DNA of 64,000 nucleotides, taken from the NCBI RefSeq assembly GCF_009914755.1, contig NC_060945.1; one strand, written 5' to 3'. Below are positions 60,199 to 64,000 of the stretch, one piece after another. Positions within the stretch are counted from its first letter, which is position 1. Every line of letters begins with the position of its first letter. This stretch comes from the human T2T-CHM13v2.0 reference genome, Homo sapiens. Position numbers and translations under genes: made by a program. The notes beneath the pieces are model-generated. The model worked only from the letters and a program-made list of their open reading frames with translations, had not been told where the DNA came from and searched no databases.

Positions 60199-61237
60199 TA
60201 ATACCTTTTCTTACACTCCAAGAGAATGCCAGAAGAAACTCATTTAAAAATCTGAATTTTTAAAAGCAATTTGAAGTCAGATTTCCTTTTACTTTAGGAT
60301 GCTAACATGTTAATTCTTTCAGGATTAGAATAGAAACTACATAATTTTACATCAATAGACTCTACACCTTGTTGCTTAATATTGATTTAAGAAATTCAAA
60401 GCAAATATAAAAGAACTAAAAAGGTTAGTATGTGTAGGCAACAGAAAGCTGATATTTGTAACAGACATGATTTGCTATCTCTGAAAGGCTTTCCTCCATG
60501 TCTCCCTAGCTGGCGGAGGTGCAGTGTAGGTAAAGTGACCACCTTCAACCTTCTACTTGGCCATGCCAAGGGAGGTTACCCTATCCTCAGTCGTGATAAA
60601 GCTCATCTTGGCAATTGCATTGCTCTTGAGAATAATTAACCTACTAATAGACGTGTGACTTTTTTTGCTATTTAAAGAACTAAAACCAAGCAGCCCTTTG
60701 ATTAAAAACATAAATTTGTTGAGAATAATTCCTTTTCCTGCCCCTTGAATAAGGCTCTGAAGGAAAGTAAAGGCTAGAGCTGTGGCAGCCAAATTACAAC
60801 CATGGAGGAAAAAGCCTGAGGTTAAAGCCAACATTCTGTGGACTGCTGAGCCCTTGGTAATATTGCTACACAGTTGAACTAGTCAACCCTGCAATTACTC
60901 CGCATGTTCTATAAGATAAGAAATTCCAGCTAAGCCATTTTAGACATTTTTCTGTTATTTTAAGTGAAAGCATCCTTATAGAAACATATGCCTATGTGCT
61001 TGTATACATAGATGAGAAAAAATTAATGTGAAAAGTATGTAGTATTTATATATAAATTACATACATATTATGTTTATTTCTCATACTTTCAAAGAAATAA
61101 TATCTGGTTAGGAATTGTATTGCTCTACTTCAAATTGCATTTAGAGCAATTTACCAATGTTCAAAGCAAAGGAAGCAAACTTTTATCTACAGATACATTT
61201 GCTTTCTAACTTAAGGTTTCCTCAAAAACATGTATTT

Positions 61238-61461
<224 letters not shown>

Positions 61462-61976
61462 TTATTCTGCAGACCCCATTGAACTTTAGGGAGTACAGCT
61501 CAGATTGTACTCAGCTCAAAAGTAAAAATTTGACTACACCAAAGTACCTATAATCTAACTCCTATATAATTTGTAATGGCTTTTTGTTTCTGTTATTGTA
61601 GTAAGTACAACAGGTTTCAAAATTATCCTCTTCTTTCTGGAGTATGATCGCTATAGTTTCATGTTTCTACTGAAAAATCAATGCAGGAAGAAAAATATAT
61701 CTAATTCAAAATTGTCCTAAAGACAAACCTTAAGTGATTAATTTATAATCATATTTGCTAGACTCAAATACATATTTTACGGTTTAATTGCTTAGCACTG
61801 TATTTTTTTTTCTTGCCAAAAATGATAATAGATAAAAAATGAAGTTATTTTAGACTGAAATGAACACTGCAGGTTATTGATCTTTTCACATCACATTACA
61901 ATCACATGGATTGTGGACCAAACTACTGACAATCAAGAGCAAATTCACAGTAATTTCAGGAGAAAAAAAGTTGATG

Positions 61977-62066
61977 GTCTATGGCCATACCACCCTGAAT
62001 GCACCTGATACTGTCTGTTCTCAGAAGCTAAGCAAGGTCAGGCCTGGTTAGTACTTGGATGGGAGA
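61977..62066 (+). pseudogene. 5S rRNA retropseudogene (first 90 nt)
   Basis: gtctatggccataccaccctgaa...gaagctaagca...gcctggttagtacttggatgggaga; 18-bp TSD ggagaaaaaaagttgatg. Confidence 0.95.
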
Positions 62067-62199
62067 AAAAAAGTTGATGTAAATATACAAATAGAGTCAG
62101 GATTTCCAAAGAGGACTCTTAGGTGTAACATCCTTGGAATTTAATTCCAGAAGTCATTGTACCATTGTACCTGTAGATATGGCCTGACCCAAATGAGCT

Positions 62200-62592
62200 C
62201 AGTCTTAGTTTATTTTGTGCTGCTATAACAGAATATCACTGAATATTCTGGATATTCTGAGCTGATTGGATAATTTATAATGAACAGAAATTTATATCTC
62301 ATGGTTCTGGAGGCTAAGTCCAAAGTGAGGGATTAGCATCTTGTCAGGGCCTTCTTGCTGCCTCATCCCATGGCAGAAGGGCAAAAAAAAAGAGTAAGAA
62401 AGAAAAAGAGATGGTGATTGAAGTTGTCTTTTTATAAGAAACTCACTCCCATAAAAATGGCAATAATTCATTCCAGAAATCGAGCCTTCATGGCCTAATC
62501 ATCTCTTAAAGTTCCCACCTTTAAATGCTGTTGCATTGGAGATTAAGTTTCCAACACATGCCATTTGGGGGACACATTCAAATGATACCTAG
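62200..62592 (-). mobile_element. MST/MLT1A-family MaLR LTR
   Basis: gtcttagt...tgctgctataacagaata...ggttctggaggct...ggggacacattcaaa. Confidence 0.8.
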
Positions 62593-62717
62593 CTTTCTTT
62601 GGAGAGCCAGCCCATAAACTGCAGCTCTGCCAATCCTTGATTTTGGGTAGAGAGCTGTGCAGTTTTTTCAGAGACTAAATCTAAATCTCCTCTAACAACC
62701 AGGAACGATCATATATA

Positions 62718-62817
62718 TCAGGTATGCCACGCTGTTTCTTTTTTTTTGTATTTATAAATAGATGATATGGGTCTCCTAACTTCCTATAAAACCAACTGAT
62801 TTTGTTTACTAAAATGA
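62718..62817 (+). repeat. Donor of the 57548-57645 insert
   Basis: Direct alignment, ~92% identity. Confidence 0.95.
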
Positions 62818-63809
62818 ACTTAAGTAGCTTTGCTTCACTAGCTACTGAAGTTCCCAGATCTCAGGTACCACATAGCCTTCAGAGACCAGGTAATGGTCAT
62901 AAAGAACCCAGTATTTAGAATATAGATGTATGCAACAATCAAATTCCTATGTTTACCTGACAAAATGTGACATATTTACTTGATTAATACTTCTAGAGTA
63001 TATCAAAATCTTATCACACAGTGTTCACTTTTCTGTATTATTTGTTAATTCATTCACTCACTCATTAAATCAATAATATTTATTGGATTTCTCATGTTCT
63101 GAGAACCAAGAGTATGGTAACAGACAAAAAAAAAAAAAAAGATATGGTCTCTACCCTCAAAGTTTAGCGTCCAGTGAGAATAATAATAATTCACACTATG
63201 TAAATTCCACTACTGGTTTATAACACTCACCCATTTAAGTTCTTTATACATGTATTCTTCTTTATTCTTTCGACCAATCTGTATGGTATTATTAAGCATA
63301 TATCACAAATGAAAAAACTGATGCTTACAATGCTTAGATAATGTAGACGGATTTGCCAAGCTAACAAATTGTAGCATTAAAGCTTGAGTTCTAGCCCACT
63401 GTACCATAAAACGTATGTTTTTAATCAAAAGCAATGACTGATTATTCAGTCGTCTACGCAGCAAATGTTAATTGAGCACTGGCTAAGTACCAGGCATTAT
63501 AATGGGAGCTAGGAAAAGAGTGAAGAAAAGACAAGGTTCCTGGCCATTTAGAGCCAACATTCTTATAGAAAAGACAATACAAAACAAGCAAACCAGTAAA
63601 AAATTTAGTTCAAAATATAATAACTTCTGCAAAATCCACAAAGCAGGGTGCATGCATAGAGATGGAAGGGAACAGCTTTCAAGAAAGTCCTCTCTGAGAA
63701 AATGGCATAGGAGCAGAGACATGGATGATTTTAAGGAGCAATCTCTGCAAAGATCTGGTAGAGGCACCTAGAAGTCCAGAAGATAAAAATATCTAAGGAT
63801 TACCAACAA

Positions 63810-64000
63810 CAGGAATTGGCAAACTCTGTTCTGTGGGCCAAATCTGTCTTATTGCTTGTTTTTATACACTCTGTGAGTGAAGAATGGTTTTTACAGCTTA
63901 AATGGTTGAAAAAATGTAAACACATATTTTGTGACATGAAAATTATAAAAAACTCAAGTTCAATGGCCATAAATGAAGTTTTATTGGAACACAGCCACGC
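63810..64000. mobile_element. MER58B-like hAT-Charlie DNA transposon, runs off the window
   Basis: caggaattggcaaact...gtgggccaaatct...aagttttattggaacacagccac. Confidence 0.85.

Overview
AT-rich, CpG-depleted primate (human-like) genomic DNA, intronic or intergenic and dominated by repeats. It holds about 20 Alus (J, S and Y types), a rearranged near-full-length old L1, two L1PA 3' ends, three THE1 (ERVL-MaLR) proviruses plus solo LTRs (THE1, MER57A, MLT1, MLT2), L2/L3/MIR relics and Tigger3a and MER58 DNA transposons. It also has two tailless small-RNA retrocopies (5S rRNA, 5' half of tRNA-Lys-CTT). I recognise no protein-coding gene; the longer ORFs in the track are mostly Alu, THE1 or L1 read-throughs. 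A few short splice-site-bounded segments are low-confidence exon candidates. The best-supported unusual signal is structural. A deletion-inversion-duplication can be reconstructed at 15.3-16.9 kb from a displaced THE1 LTR tail and its target-site duplication. Three independent ~100-bp segments were copied between sites 2-5 kb apart, and there is a palindrome-rich AT patch. Together these look like fossil scars of template-switching DNA repair. Subfamily names come from memory of consensus sequences, and identities were counted by hand.
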